In this document: positions 38,252 to 48,505 of the stretch, one piece after another
Position numbering within the stretch: the stretch's first letter is position 1
Layout of the letters: every line of letters begins with the position of its first letter
Assembly: GCA_965116495.1 (NCBI GenBank)
Contig: OZ220696.1
Coordinates: forward strand, 2,944,001 to 3,008,000
From: Gammaproteobacteria bacterium
GTDB lineage: Bacteria; Pseudomonadota; Gammaproteobacteria; Eutrophobiales; Eutrophobiaceae
DNA: 64,000 bases
Direction of reading: 5' to 3'
Notes under the pieces: model-generated
Told to the model about the DNA's origin: nothing
The model's database searches: none
The model's input: only the letters and a program-made list of their open reading frames with translations
Translations under genes and position numbers: made by a program

Positions 38252-40405
38252 ATGGACGTTTCAGGTGTGTTAGACGGGTTGAATGAGGCACAACGCGAGG
38301 TTGTCGCGGCGCCGGCGGGCAATATCCTGGTGCTGGCCGGCGCCGGCAGCGGCAAAACCCGGGTGCTGGTGCACCGCATCGCCTGGTACCTGCAGACGGA
38401 ACAGGCTGCACCCTTCGGCATACTTGCAGTCACCTTTACCAACAAGGCCGCCGCGGAGATGCGCGCCCGTATCGAAACCTTGTTGAAACGGCCTGTCGGC
38501 GGCATGTGGGTGGGCACCTTCCACGGTCTGGCGCACCGGATTTTACGCCTGCACTGGCAGGAAGCGGGCCTGCCCGACAGTTTTCAGATCCTGGACAGTG
38601 ATGACCAGTTGCGCACTTTGCGGCGGGTAATCCGGGGCCTGAACCTGGATGAAAACCAGTACTCCGCCCGCGACGCGCAATGGTTTGTCAATGGGCACAA
38701 GGATGATGGTCTGAGGCCGCAACACATTGACCCGCACGGCGACCCGATACAGGAACGGATGGTCGAAATTTACCGCCGTTACCAGCAGGCCTGCGAACGC
38801 TCAGGGCTGGTTGATTTTGCCGAGTTGTTGTTGAAAACCCATGAGTTGTTCCGTGATCAGGACAGGCTGCTGGCGCATTATCAACAGCGCTTTCGCCATA
38901 TTCTAGTGGACGAATTCCAGGACACCAACACATTGCAGTATGCCTGGCTGCGCCTGCTGGCGGGGCCGGACAACCACCTGTTCGCAGTCGGCGATGACGA
39001 TCAGTCCATTTACAGTTTTCGCGGCGCCCGCATGGAAAATATGCAACGGTTCCAGCAGGATTTCCGGGAGCCGGTCCTGCACCGGCTGGAACAGAACTAT
39101 CGCTCGACCACCAATATATTGAACGCCGCCAATGCCCTGATTGCCAATAATACGACCCGGCTGGGCAAGAACCTGTGGGCGGAAGGCATGGCGGGGGACA
39201 AACTGGAACTGTACGCAGCCTATAACGAACACGACGAGGCCCGTTTCGTGGTGGAACGGATCAGTAGCGCCCGGCACGACAACATCCTGCTTCAGGATAA
39301 CGCGATCCTGTACCGGGTCAGCGCCACCTCGCGGGTACTGGAGGAGGCGTTGATGCAGGCCCAGGTGCCTTATCGCGTGTTCGGCGGGGTACGCTTTTAC
39401 GAGCGCATGGAAATCAAGGATGCACTGGCTTACCTGCGTCTCGCCGTCAACCGGGATGATGATGCATCCTTCGAGCGCATCGTCAATACGCCGCCCCGGG
39501 GCATCGGACCGCGCAGCCTGGAAGAAATCCGCAGCCGCGCCAGGCAGGAAAACAAGCCGTTATGGCGGGCTGCCGGGGAACTGGTGACGGACAGGCTGAT
39601 GGCGGCCAGGGCCGTGTCCGCACTGGGCCGGTTTCTCGGTCTGATTGAACAGCTGGCGCAGTCTATCCGCGACAAGGGCCTGGATGAGGCCATGGATACC
39701 GTCATCAAGGCCAGCGCACTGGTTGAGCATTACCGCAAGGAGAAAGGTGAACGGGGTCTTGCTCGTGTTGAAAACCTGGAAGAACTGGTCAGCGCGGCGG
39801 GACAATTCGAGGTGGACCGGGACGTACACGGCGATGTGGAACCGCTCACCGCATTTTTATCCCAGACCGCGCTGGAGGCAGGAGAGACCCAGGCCGATGC
39901 CCACACCGACGCGGTCAGCCTGATGACCCTGCATACGGCCAAGGGGCTGGAGTTCGAACGGGTCTACCTGGTCGGTATGGAGGAAGGCCTGTTCCCGCAC
40001 CAGCGCAGTTCCGGTGACCTGGCGCAACTGGAGGAAGAACGGCGGCTTTGCTACGTGGGCATTACCCGGGCGCGCAGCAAACTGACCCTGAGTTACGCCC
40101 GGCACCGGCGTATGTACGGAGCGGAATTCTATCCGCAACCATCCCGCTTTCTGGGCGAAATTCCGGCACAATTCATCGATGATATTCGCCTGGGCGGTGC
40201 AGCAACCCACGCGGGTTTCGACCACGGGGCGCTGCCTGCCGATGCACCCTTCGGCCCCGGCCAGCGGGTGCTACATGAACGCTTCGGCGAAGGCACGGTG
40301 TTGAACCTGGAAGGCCAGGGCAGCCACACCCGGGTACAGGTCAATTTTGAGACATCAGGCGCAAAATGGCTGGTGCTGGCCTATGCGAACCTGCAACCTG
40401 CCTGA
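38252..40405 (+). CDS. uvrD: DNA helicase II
   Basis: LAGAGSGKTRVL, VDEFQDTN, VGDDDQSIY, LEQNYRS, EEERRLCYVGITRA, KWLV..YA. Confidence 0.96.
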   Translation: MDVSGVLDGLNEAQREVVAAPAGNILVLAGAGSGKTRVLVHRIAWYLQTEQAAPFGILAVTFTNKAAAEMRARIETLLKRPVGGMWVGTFHGLAHRILRLHWQEAGLPDSFQILDSDDQLRTLRRVIRGLNLDENQYSARDAQWFVNGHKDDGLRPQHIDPHGDPIQERMVEIYRRYQQACERSGLVDFAELLLKTHELFRDQDRLLAHYQQRFRHILVDEFQDTNTLQYAWLRLLAGPDNHLFAVGDDDQSIYSFRGARMENMQRFQQDFREPVLHRLEQNYRSTTNILNAANALIANNTTRLGKNLWAEGMAGDKLELYAAYNEHDEARFVVERISSARHDNILLQDNAILYRVSATSRVLEEALMQAQVPYRVFGGVRFYERMEIKDALAYLRLAVNRDDDASFERIVNTPPRGIGPRSLEEIRSRARQENKPLWRAAGELVTDRLMAARAVSALGRFLGLIEQLAQSIRDKGLDEAMDTVIKASALVEHYRKEKGERGLARVENLEELVSAAGQFEVDRDVHGDVEPLTAFLSQTALEAGETQADAHTDAVSLMTLHTAKGLEFERVYLVGMEEGLFPHQRSSGDLAQLEEERRLCYVGITRARSKLTLSYARHRRMYGAEFYPQPSRFLGEIPAQFIDDIRLGGAATHAGFDHGALPADAPFGPGQRVLHERFGEGTVLNLEGQGSHTRVQVNFETSGAKWLVLAYANLQPA

Positions 40406-40488
40406 GCCCGGCCCATCATGGGGTTCCTGAAAACCACAAGTACACAGAGAAAACAGTGAAAAAAAATATCCACGCCTCCTTGATTCTG

Positions 40489-41571
40489 ATGGTGACAAAA
40501 CGATTATTTTGTCTGATATTGGCTGTGCTGCTTGGCGCCTGCGGTAACGATACCCCGGTTACGGGCGGAACCGCAGTTATCGATGCCGGGAAGATCCATC
40601 GCTGGAAGATGGTGACGACCTGGCCGGCGAATTTCCCGGTTTTCCAGGAAGCCCCGGAGATGTTTGCGGAAAACGTCCGGATCATGAGCAATGGAAGACT
40701 GGATATCAAGGTTTTTGCCGGCTCGGAGCTGGTCCCTGCCTTGCAGGTGTTTGACGCCGTTTCCCAGGGCGCCGTGGAAATGGGGCACGGGGCCGCGTAT
40801 TACTGGGCTGGCAAGGTCCCGGCCGCCCAGTTTTTCTCCACGGTACCCTTCGGCATGGAGCAAAAAGGCGTGGAGGCCTGGTTGTACCACGGCGGTGGCC
40901 TCGAATTATGGAACGAACTGTACGAGCCGTTCAACGTCATTGCCCTGCCCATCGGTAATACCGGGGTGCAGATGGGTGGCTGGTTCAACAAGAAAATAGA
41001 GACAATTGCCGACCTGAAAGGCTTGCGTATGCGCATCCCCGGCCTCGGCGGCAAGGTGCTGGACCGGGCCGGCGGTAATCCCATATTAATGTCGGCGGGA
41101 GAGGTTTACACGGCCCTGGAACGCGGCACCATTGATGCTACGGAATGGGTCGGTCCCCTGCACGACCTGCGCCTGGGACTGAACCGGGCGGCAACCTATT
41201 ATTATTACCCCGGCTGGCATGAGCCGGGCACGGAGCTGGAACTGCTGATTAACAGGGCGCGCTGGGACATGCTGCCGGCAGACCTTCAGAAGATCGTCAG
41301 GCAGGCCTCCGCGGCGACCAGCGCATGGACCTTCAGCGCACTGGAATACCGTAACAGCCAGGCGCTGAAGGAGTTGTCAACAAAAAAGAACGTAACAGTA
41401 TTGCCGTTTCCGCCGGACGTCATGGAGGAACTGCGCGTTATCACCACACAGACTCTGGAGGAAGAAGCCGGGAAGGACGCTGATTTCAGGCGCGTGTATG
41501 AAGCCTATAAGTCATTTCAGGATACGTATCACCCCTGGCACCGGCTCACATCACAGGCATTGGAAAACTGA
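40489..41571 (+). CDS. TRAP transporter substrate-binding protein (TakP-like, lipoprotein)
   Basis: Lipobox LGAC, WKMVTTWP, GNTGVQMGGWFNK, LRMRIPGLGG, YYPGWHEPG; start uncertain (GTG 40456 possible). Confidence 0.88.
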   Translation: MVTKRLFCLILAVLLGACGNDTPVTGGTAVIDAGKIHRWKMVTTWPANFPVFQEAPEMFAENVRIMSNGRLDIKVFAGSELVPALQVFDAVSQGAVEMGHGAAYYWAGKVPAAQFFSTVPFGMEQKGVEAWLYHGGGLELWNELYEPFNVIALPIGNTGVQMGGWFNKKIETIADLKGLRMRIPGLGGKVLDRAGGNPILMSAGEVYTALERGTIDATEWVGPLHDLRLGLNRAATYYYYPGWHEPGTELELLINRARWDMLPADLQKIVRQASAATSAWTFSALEYRNSQALKELSTKKNVTVLPFPPDVMEELRVITTQTLEEEAGKDADFRRVYEAYKSFQDTYHPWHRLTSQALEN

Positions 41572-41586
41572 TGCGGTGACGCAGGT

Positions 41587-42486
41587 TCAGGCGTGGCTGC
41601 TGTCCTTTCTGTGCCGGTAAAAAAAATAAAACGCCACGCAGAATACCAGCAGCCAGGCAGAGGCTAAATCACCCATGAACTGGTCGTAACGGTTTACCAG
41701 ATGGGCATGAGGGTTGTGAGGAACAAAACCGGCAACGGACTGGATGACTTTTCCCCCGGTTACCAGTCCCGCATGAATACCGATACAAGCCAGGAGGTTG
41801 CCGGTCAGGAGGCGCACCAGGCCCAGCAACAGACCCAGGAAAAACAGGGTCAGCATGGCATCGTATCTCACCGGTTCGGCAAACTGGAACAATGCCGCGG
41901 GCAACATTGCTACGCCAGTGTACCAGTTAACAACCGTGTCCGCCGGCAGGTCGCGGAATTTCAGATAATGTACGGCGGCATAGACCAGGCTGACCGTGAC
42001 CAGTGCGACTGCCGTGTTGGCGCGCCGGCTCAATCCGCCCAACAGGGCGCCCCGGAAGATAAGCTCTTCAACGAGGCCTACCAGCAACCCGGTGATCAAG
42101 CCCTTGAGTAACAACCGGCATATGGCGCCGAGCGAGAAAATTTGTTCTTTATCGAGATCATGGATGCCCAGGAAAAGGAGATTGGCTTCAATGATCGCCA
42201 TGATCGCGATACCGGCTGCCAGTCCCTGGAGAAGCCGGATGTGGGCATCGTGAAAGCGGATGCCGATTTGGCGGAATGAAAGTCCGCAGGCGTAATGGAA
42301 ATAAATCAGGCTGAACAGCAGCCCGCTGACCAGCGTCGACCGGGAAACTGTTTTTCTGAACGGGATTTCCGCGAATTCAGAAAAAATCACATGGATGGGA
42401 AATGCAAGAAGAACGCCGAACAGGATGGCGCTTATGAAAACAGTGAAAAATACAAGCAGGGCGTGTATTGCAGGCCGAAAGGACAT
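41587..42486 (-). CDS. CPBP/Abi (CAAX protease-like) intramembrane metalloprotease
   Basis: EELIFRG, YAAVH, IGIHAG motifs; multiple TMs. Confidence 0.85.
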   Translation of the reverse strand: MSFRPAIHALLVFFTVFISAILFGVLLAFPIHVIFSEFAEIPFRKTVSRSTLVSGLLFSLIYFHYACGLSFRQIGIRFHDAHIRLLQGLAAGIAIMAIIEANLLFLGIHDLDKEQIFSLGAICRLLLKGLITGLLVGLVEELIFRGALLGGLSRRANTAVALVTVSLVYAAVHYLKFRDLPADTVVNWYTGVAMLPAALFQFAEPVRYDAMLTLFFLGLLLGLVRLLTGNLLACIGIHAGLVTGGKVIQSVAGFVPHNPHAHLVNRYDQFMGDLASAWLLVFCVAFYFFYRHRKDSSHA

Positions 42487-42518
42487 GTCACAAAACTTCT
42501 GTTTTCCCCATTCATGAA

Positions 42519-43025
42519 TTACTGGCTGTTGGCTACCATGTAGTCCACGGCAGCTTTGACTTCTTCGTCCGTCAGGTTCATGTTTCCCCCCTTGGGCGGC
42601 ATGGCAATGAGGCCGCCGTCACTGATAAATCCCTTGATGGAATGTTCATACAGCAAGACCATGCCCTGGGCGATACGGCTTTCCCAGGCGGCCTTGTCGC
42701 CGAGTTTGGGGATGTTCGGCAACCCGTTATGGCAACTGATGCAGAGTCCCATGTAAACCCGCTTGCCCATGTCTACATGTTCCTCAGCGGTGGCTACCGC
42801 TGCAACGGTAGCCACATCCACATCTTCTGCTGTTTCATCAAGCACGTTCACCACGCCTACCGGAACGGTATTCGCGGATACTTTGGTTGATTGTTTAAGC
42901 GCAACGGCGTCCTCATCAACGCCAAGATACAGCGCCAGCACCAGAAATATGATGATCATCACGGCCAGAAGGCCGATCACAATAGAATAGTTATAGAAAA
43001 ACACCTTATCCTTTTTCGAGTTCAT
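42519..43025 (-). CDS. Membrane-anchored cytochrome c5
   Basis: N-terminal TM, CISCH, GDKAAW..RIAQG, MPPKGG..LTDEEVKAAVDYM. Confidence 0.9.
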   Translation of the reverse strand: MNSKKDKVFFYNYSIVIGLLAVMIIIFLVLALYLGVDEDAVALKQSTKVSANTVPVGVVNVLDETAEDVDVATVAAVATAEEHVDMGKRVYMGLCISCHNGLPNIPKLGDKAAWESRIAQGMVLLYEHSIKGFISDGGLIAMPPKGGNMNLTDEEVKAAVDYMVANSQ

Positions 43026-43127
43026 GGTTAACACCTCACAGTCAGTGAATGAAGGGATCTCTGATTATCAGAGTTACCTGCGGTACAGGGATGTACCTTC
43101 ACCAGGTCATTCAGCAGGACTTACGTT

Positions 43128-44021
43128 TCACCCGGTCCGGCTGCACAAAAAAGCGGACTGTATGTCGACAACCCGCCGGGCGATATCATACCACAGTGAG
43201 TCGTTGACGGGGTCCGCACCGGACATTTCTGCGGCGCTGATTTTTGCTTTGCGGTAGTCTTCGATGCCCACTTTCTCCAGGACGTCCTGAAACGCGTCGT
43301 AGCGCGCGCGATCAAACGGTTTTTCCGCGCCGTACTTGTCATGCGTCGGATGGGGCGGATAGACGTGCATGACGGCCGAGTATCCGGGCGGGGTGAAGGC
43401 CTTGTTTTTTCCCAGCAGGTACGGCAACAGGTGCGTATGCGGACCGGCTTCCGTGGCGCCGCCCTGTTGCGGGATGGGAGTGCAGACTTCGATACGGCCC
43501 AGGGCCGAGACGACGACGCGCTGCGGAGAAGCGCTTTGCAGAAAACCCGCTATGGTGTGCATCTTGTCCGCCAGTGCCTGTCCGCAGAGTGAATTCAATT
43601 CTTTCACGAAACCCGGGTCACCGGACCGCACACAGAACCGAGCCTGCTCCGATCCCAGGCCCAGGTCGAATAACTGTTTGTGCCTGTCCCGGGGCCGTAC
43701 TGCTTCCCGGTCGGCGCCCAGGGCCGTTATCACCTGGTTCACGGATATCCTTGAGTACGCGTCCGGCAGGGTCAGGGCAATGGTCTGGGTCCATGAACGC
43801 GTGCAATGCGAGATTTCCTCATAGGCAAAACAAGTAAGTTCCTCAGGCAGTCTGACTGTTATGGCGCCCCGATCCGTCACGGCATGCAAGCTGTTGTCAG
43901 TTTCCCCGAAGCGGATGGTTTCGCCGGCGTCATACATGAACTCGGCGATGGCGCCGGAAATACCGTTGCTCCAGCTGCTCTCGGGGGAGCGCAGGTAGCC
44001 TTTGACCAAGTCTATGATCAT
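43128..44021 (-). CDS. Conserved hypothetical protein downstream of nitrile hydratase genes
   Basis: Long ORF with SW..G..GAIAEF, LFDLGLG, GRIEV, GPHTHLLP motifs; start placed at ATG 44021. Confidence 0.7.
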   Translation of the reverse strand: MIIDLVKGYLRSPESSWSNGISGAIAEFMYDAGETIRFGETDNSLHAVTDRGAITVRLPEELTCFAYEEISHCTRSWTQTIALTLPDAYSRISVNQVITALGADREAVRPRDRHKQLFDLGLGSEQARFCVRSGDPGFVKELNSLCGQALADKMHTIAGFLQSASPQRVVVSALGRIEVCTPIPQQGGATEAGPHTHLLPYLLGKNKAFTPPGYSAVMHVYPPHPTHDKYGAEKPFDRARYDAFQDVLEKVGIEDYRKAKISAAEMSGADPVNDSLWYDIARRVVDIQSAFLCSRTG

Positions 44022-44154
44022 TTTACTGTTATACCGGGCTGCATGGCTGGTCTTCAATGAGGAGCGATCTGTTGCCCATAATCAGGGTCAGAGTAACATC
44101 CGTTATCTGTGGTTATGGCATGAAAATCGATTAATTTACTCTTACCCTAAAATA

Positions 44155-44493
44155 TTAATGGCTGTGTCCGTGCAGGCGCTGGTGTTCCTCGCGCACCTGA
44201 TCCTTGCGCCGCGCCAGCGTTTCGGCCGTAACCAGGTCCTTGTCGGCGGCAATGCTTTCCAGTGCCGCCAGCCAGTGGTGATAGTAGGTATTGCCGAGGT
44301 CAGGATCGCCCTGGTCGCGTGCCGCGGCAATGGCCCGGTTGAGCCGTTCAGCCCACTCCGTCCAGGTAAAAAGTCCTTGTTCATGCAGTTTCAGGACCAG
44401 TGCAAAGGCCTGAGCCTGCCACGGTTCCCTGAACACCGGTCCTTCCTTATCCAGGGGTATCCCCGCCAGGGAATCAAGATCAGGCGCTTGCAT
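44155..44493 (-). CDS. Nitrile hydratase accessory protein (P14K/NhhG type)
   Basis: GPVFREPWQAQAFAL, FTWTEWA, YYHHWLAALE, His-rich C-terminus. Confidence 0.9.
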   Translation of the reverse strand: MQAPDLDSLAGIPLDKEGPVFREPWQAQAFALVLKLHEQGLFTWTEWAERLNRAIAAARDQGDPDLGNTYYHHWLAALESIAADKDLVTAETLARRKDQVREEHQRLHGHSH

Positions 44494-44504
44494 GGCCGGC
44501 CGCT

Positions 44505-45170
44505 TTACCCGGCGGGATCCATATAATCATCGAACAGGTCGATGTAGAGGGAATCGTTGGCCGGCGCCTCTTCACCCCATAATTCCCGGGCGCTGAACCT
44601 GACGTTATAGACGTGCTGCGGCTTGTCGGGACCGCCATGGGCATTAGTATCGGGCAGGAGAAAGGTGCCGTGATGCATTCCCACCACCCCGCGCCTGCCT
44701 CTGATATAACGGGGTATGCGCGTGTGGTGCAGTGGGTTTATGTTTCTGGCGATAATCTCGTCACCTGTCTTGAATTTTGGCGGGATGTCGGTATCCACAA
44801 ACACCGGGATGTGGTTATTCATGCCGTACTGCATGCGCTCCAGCGAGGCAGCCTCAATGCCCGCTGCCATTTCCGGCGCCGTTACCCTGCCTGAGTCCAG
44901 TTCATCCCGGGCAACCACGTTTTTTTGCAACATCATCTGCTCAAGGCTGTACAACCATTTTTCGTAGTAGGTGAAGGTCAGGTAGTCCCGGGGTGGAATG
45001 GTTTCCGTCATGTAGCGCACTTCATCGGTGACGAATATACCGGCGCCCATGGTAGCCAGGGTCATGGCATATACCTTCCTCTCCCAGTCATCGTGAAACA
45101 CCGGTTCATCTTTTTCGATGTCCACGGGCCCGATATTGTCCATACCGCCAATGTCGTGAATGCTGTTCAT
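44505..45170 (-). CDS. nthB: Nitrile hydratase beta subunit
   Basis: MNSIHDIGGM, YYEKWL, HTRIPRYIRG, YNVRF..ELWG. Confidence 0.95.
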   Translation of the reverse strand: MNSIHDIGGMDNIGPVDIEKDEPVFHDDWERKVYAMTLATMGAGIFVTDEVRYMTETIPPRDYLTFTYYEKWLYSLEQMMLQKNVVARDELDSGRVTAPEMAAGIEAASLERMQYGMNNHIPVFVDTDIPPKFKTGDEIIARNINPLHHTRIPRYIRGRRGVVGMHHGTFLLPDTNAHGGPDKPQHVYNVRFSARELWGEEAPANDSLYIDLFDDYMDPAG

Positions 45171-45190
45171 AACATGCTGTCCTCCATCTG

Positions 45191-45793
45191 TTATTGCTGC
45201 AGGAAGGCGAGCCCGGTGCCGACCATGGAATCACGAGTGACGATCTCCTGCAACTCCGCTTCGCTCATGTGCTCCGTTCCCTGCGGACGTCTGGGCAGTA
45301 CCAGGTACCTTATCTCGGCGTTGCTGTCCCACACCCGCACTTCGGTCTGTTCAGATAATTCCAGCCCGAATTCCTTTAACAGGCCGCGCGGGTCACGCAC
45401 CGCTTTTGCCCGGTAAGGCGTACTTTTATACCAGTTGGGGGGCAGGCCCAGCACCGGCCAGGGATAGCAGGAACAAAGCGTGCAGACGACCAGGTTATGA
45501 ATCCTGTCGGTATTTTCCACCACCACCATGTGGCTGCCTTCGATCCCGGTATATCCCAGTTCCGCCAGTGTCGCGGAGGCGTCATCCAGCAAGCGGGTCT
45601 TGAAATCAGGATCGGTCCACGCCCTGGCGACAATGCCGGCGCCGATATGCGGACCTACCTTGTTTTCAAAGTGATCGACGATACCGTCCAGCGTCTCCCG
45701 GTTGACCACGCCTTTTTCTATCAACAAGGACTCCAGTGCCCTGACCCGAAGCTGCACGTCCGATAACGGCGCGCGATGAGATGATCCTGCCAT
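45191..45793 (-). CDS. nthA: Nitrile hydratase alpha subunit, cobalt type
   Basis: [11 protein letters not shown] metal motif (Thr/Tyr, Co-type), [19 protein letters not shown]. Confidence 0.96.
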   Translation of the reverse strand: MAGSSHRAPLSDVQLRVRALESLLIEKGVVNRETLDGIVDHFENKVGPHIGAGIVARAWTDPDFKTRLLDDASATLAELGYTGIEGSHMVVVENTDRIHNLVVCTLCSCYPWPVLGLPPNWYKSTPYRAKAVRDPRGLLKEFGLELSEQTEVRVWDSNAEIRYLVLPRRPQGTEHMSEAELQEIVTRDSMVGTGLAFLQQ

Positions 45794-45940
45794 ATTGTTT
45801 GTCTCCTTCGATTATGATGCCTCGCCCATCACCCAACTTGCCTGAAATTGTAATAGGTTTGGGAATGCCTGTCATCCGGATAACAGCGGACACTGGGGCG
45901 TCACACCAACCCGGATTTCTCATATATGGTTCGCCAGGCC

Positions 45941-47077
45941 TCATTGTACGCTATCACCGTCCTTGAGTTGAAGTTGCTCCCAGGCGCGGATGCGCGGCAG
46001 GGCAGCGTCGAAGATACGTTTATAGTTCAGGCGCTCAACCTGGGCGCGGGTATCGGGGCCAAGACGCTCCCACAGTGGTTGGTATAACGTATGCGTCCTG
46101 GCGTATACGTCCCAGCTCGCCGGGGCTACAGAATCTGTGCCAAACAGAAACCGCGTCGGGTGTTTGCTGATCAACGCTGCCCACGCTGCTACACTCTCTT
46201 TGTCCCCAACGACGTATTTGGCGACTTCGTCCCACGAAATATCGAGTGCGACATGGTCGTAACGTGGCTCGTTGAGCATACGACCCAGAAGGTCAAGATG
46301 TTCTCTGGCCGGAGCTACGAAACGACCCAGCCCCGAGTGCGCCCAAATTATCGCGGCGCGCGGATGTGCCGCAAGGACTCGTAACAGGTCTTCGTAATGG
46401 TCCGGCTGACCGCCGGGACGCACGTTGTCGATGTCGCAATGCAGGATCGTCACCAGCCCGATCTCGGCGGCTGTGGCCAGGATGCGGTCCAGCGCGGGGT
46501 TGTGAAGACTAGCCGTATGCCCGGTAATTTTCGACGACACGAACTCCTTGTGAATACTGAACTCGCCGATACCGGAAAATACACCCGGAAAGGTAAGCAG
46601 GACGCGCTTGATATGGTCGGCAGCGTACATGTCCGTGGGATTGAACCCGGTGATCATCGGGTCCACGCGCTGTTTCTCAGCGTCAGTTAATGTCAGGTAC
46701 TCACTGGCAATCGCTGCATCGACGAAGGAATAATAGTAAAGCGCAGCATTCGAGCGCAGGTAATAATCCGGCGCTCGCTCGCCGGATACGAAGTAATCCC
46801 ACTTCTGCTGCAACGGAATGCCAAACATGGCCACTCGGCCTACCCGGTCGCCGACCAGGTCCAGATATGCGCGCGCCGTAATGCCACGCTGCACGTAGTT
46901 CAGCAAGTGGAAGTGTACATCGTTGAACCGGGGGACCGGCTCGACAGCTTCAGTAGCAGAAGTTGTGGGTGCAGCATAGGCGATGCCCGGCGGCGCGCGC
47001 CGTTGTTCTACCGCGCCATCGGTCAGGAGCAGGGTGAAAAAGAGAATCCAACCCATACACGTTAATATCCTCAGCAT
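45941..47077 (-). CDS. Amidohydrolase superfamily protein, probably exported
   Basis: DVHFH, IGEFSIHKE, HCD, IWAH, FLFGTD metal ligands; hydrophobic N-terminus. Confidence 0.82.
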   Translation of the reverse strand: MLRILTCMGWILFFTLLLTDGAVEQRRAPPGIAYAAPTTSATEAVEPVPRFNDVHFHLLNYVQRGITARAYLDLVGDRVGRVAMFGIPLQQKWDYFVSGERAPDYYLRSNAALYYYSFVDAAIASEYLTLTDAEKQRVDPMITGFNPTDMYAADHIKRVLLTFPGVFSGIGEFSIHKEFVSSKITGHTASLHNPALDRILATAAEIGLVTILHCDIDNVRPGGQPDHYEDLLRVLAAHPRAAIIWAHSGLGRFVAPAREHLDLLGRMLNEPRYDHVALDISWDEVAKYVVGDKESVAAWAALISKHPTRFLFGTDSVAPASWDVYARTHTLYQPLWERLGPDTRAQVERLNYKRIFDAALPRIRAWEQLQLKDGDSVQ

Positions 47078-47494
47078 GTAAAAAGCCTCACTCCGCGCAG
47101 GATTTCAATTGTCGTGGCCAGAATATACTCATACGTTCATATATCGAACCATTTCGGCTTTGCCGGGTTTTTCCCCGGCTGCAGGTCCGATCGATTTACG
47201 AGGTAAAGACACGCTTGACGGCGTTGGCCTGTACCACAGCAAGTACGCCGTTCTCTACCGGCAGATTGTCCAGGGTAGAACTGAATTAAGAGTATGATAC
47301 CTTTGTCATGAAATGGCTTCCAACACAAGTTCGCCAGGATGCGTTTTCATTCAATGACCGTAGATGACCGTATCAAGTTGCTCCATATAGGCGCAGGCAT
47401 CTTCTCATGAAATGGCCCTTGTAGTGGTAGCCGGTGCGGACGAGATGGGGACAAAAAGTATAACCAATCCGATATATTAGTGTAAATTCACTGA

Positions 47495-48505
47495 TCACCC
47501 CGCGTCATAAAATGCTTCGATATCTCGAATCATCAACTCCATTTGTACTGATTCTTTTTTGTGGTCGTTGAGCGATTCGACAGCTTTCCGGGCAATTTCG
47601 ACCGATTTGCGCTCTTTATCTATCCCAATGTATCGTCTTCCTTCACTGAGAGCGGCTACTGCCGTTGTTCCGCTGCCGACAAAACAATCGAGCACACAAT
47701 CACCCGGATCAGTAAAAAGCTTAATCGTTCTTCTTGGCAGCTCGACCGGGAATTTTGAATCATGATCGGAGTTACTGCGAACAGAAGAAATTTCCCAGAC
47801 ACCCCTCGAACCCCAGTTAATCCATTCCTGTTTGGACAATCTAACCCGATCTACTTTTGTAATACCTGGTTTCCAAAATATGTAGAGATATTCGGATTCA
47901 TCCACTGATCGATAAGATATCGTATGCCACTTTGAGTTTTCCCAGGCAGCGTCTTTGTGCCAGATGCGACGATCATACAGGTAAAAACCAGCCTCCAAGG
48001 CTGCTTCTTCAATAAATCCTCCGACAAGGCATACTCTTGTCTGAGACTGATATTTCCCTCCTCTTATATTATTGCCGTTAAGTCTCCTGTCTATCGTTTG
48101 CTCACTGCAATTAAAGTGTTCAGCCAGCTTGTATCTGTTCCAATCCGGATGTTTTTCTTTTACCTTGATTATCTCTTCCCTGGAGATGTCTACTCTTCTC
48201 CGGGATACGTTTTCCGCCATTATCTTTGGCATCGAATCATCCTTGAAACATAAAATGTCAGCTATGTTGATAATCAGGAATCCACCCGGTTTTATGATAG
48301 GAAAATGGGAATGGATGACCTCTTTCAGTAATGCTTTCCATTCAGCAAAAGTTAAATCCTTCTCATAATTTTTTCCGACATAGTAGGGAGGAGACCAAAC
48401 ACTTAGAGAGATAGATTCCGCTTCAATTCCTTTCAGCAATACTCTACTGTCGCCGCAATAAATATTATTGGGTTCCAGTTTTTTTGAAATGTCTATGAGC
48501 GCCAT
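47495..48505 (-). CDS. N4-cytosine/N6-adenine DNA methyltransferase (beta class) with internal HTH-like segment
   Basis: SPPY motif IV precedes DCFVGSGTT motif I; H...FP; overlaps the end of the upstream nuclease gene. Confidence 0.92.
   Translation of the reverse strand: MALIDISKKLEPNNIYCGDSRVLLKGIEAESISLSVWSPPYYVGKNYEKDLTFAEWKALLKEVIHSHFPIIKPGGFLIINIADILCFKDDSMPKIMAENVSRRRVDISREEIIKVKEKHPDWNRYKLAEHFNCSEQTIDRRLNGNNIRGGKYQSQTRVCLVGGFIEEAALEAGFYLYDRRIWHKDAAWENSKWHTISYRSVDESEYLYIFWKPGITKVDRVRLSKQEWINWGSRGVWEISSVRSNSDHDSKFPVELPRRTIKLFTDPGDCVLDCFVGSGTTAVAALSEGRRYIGIDKERKSVEIARKAVESLNDHKKESVQMELMIRDIEAFYDAG

Noticed and set aside
45191-45793. Iron-type nitrile hydratase or thiocyanate hydrolase
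   Set aside because: Motif is CTLCSCY, the beta subunit is full length and unsplit, and a P14K-type activator follows, all pointing to cobalt-type NHase
45794-45940. Cobalt/nickel riboswitch upstream of nthA
   Set aside because: No recognisable conserved junction or terminator; an Infernal search would be needed
47100-47400. HigA-like remnant (MKTHPGELVLEAIS*) on the minus strand
   Set aside because: Only a four-residue resemblance and nothing downstream looks like an HTH; may be a decayed gene but I cannot assign it
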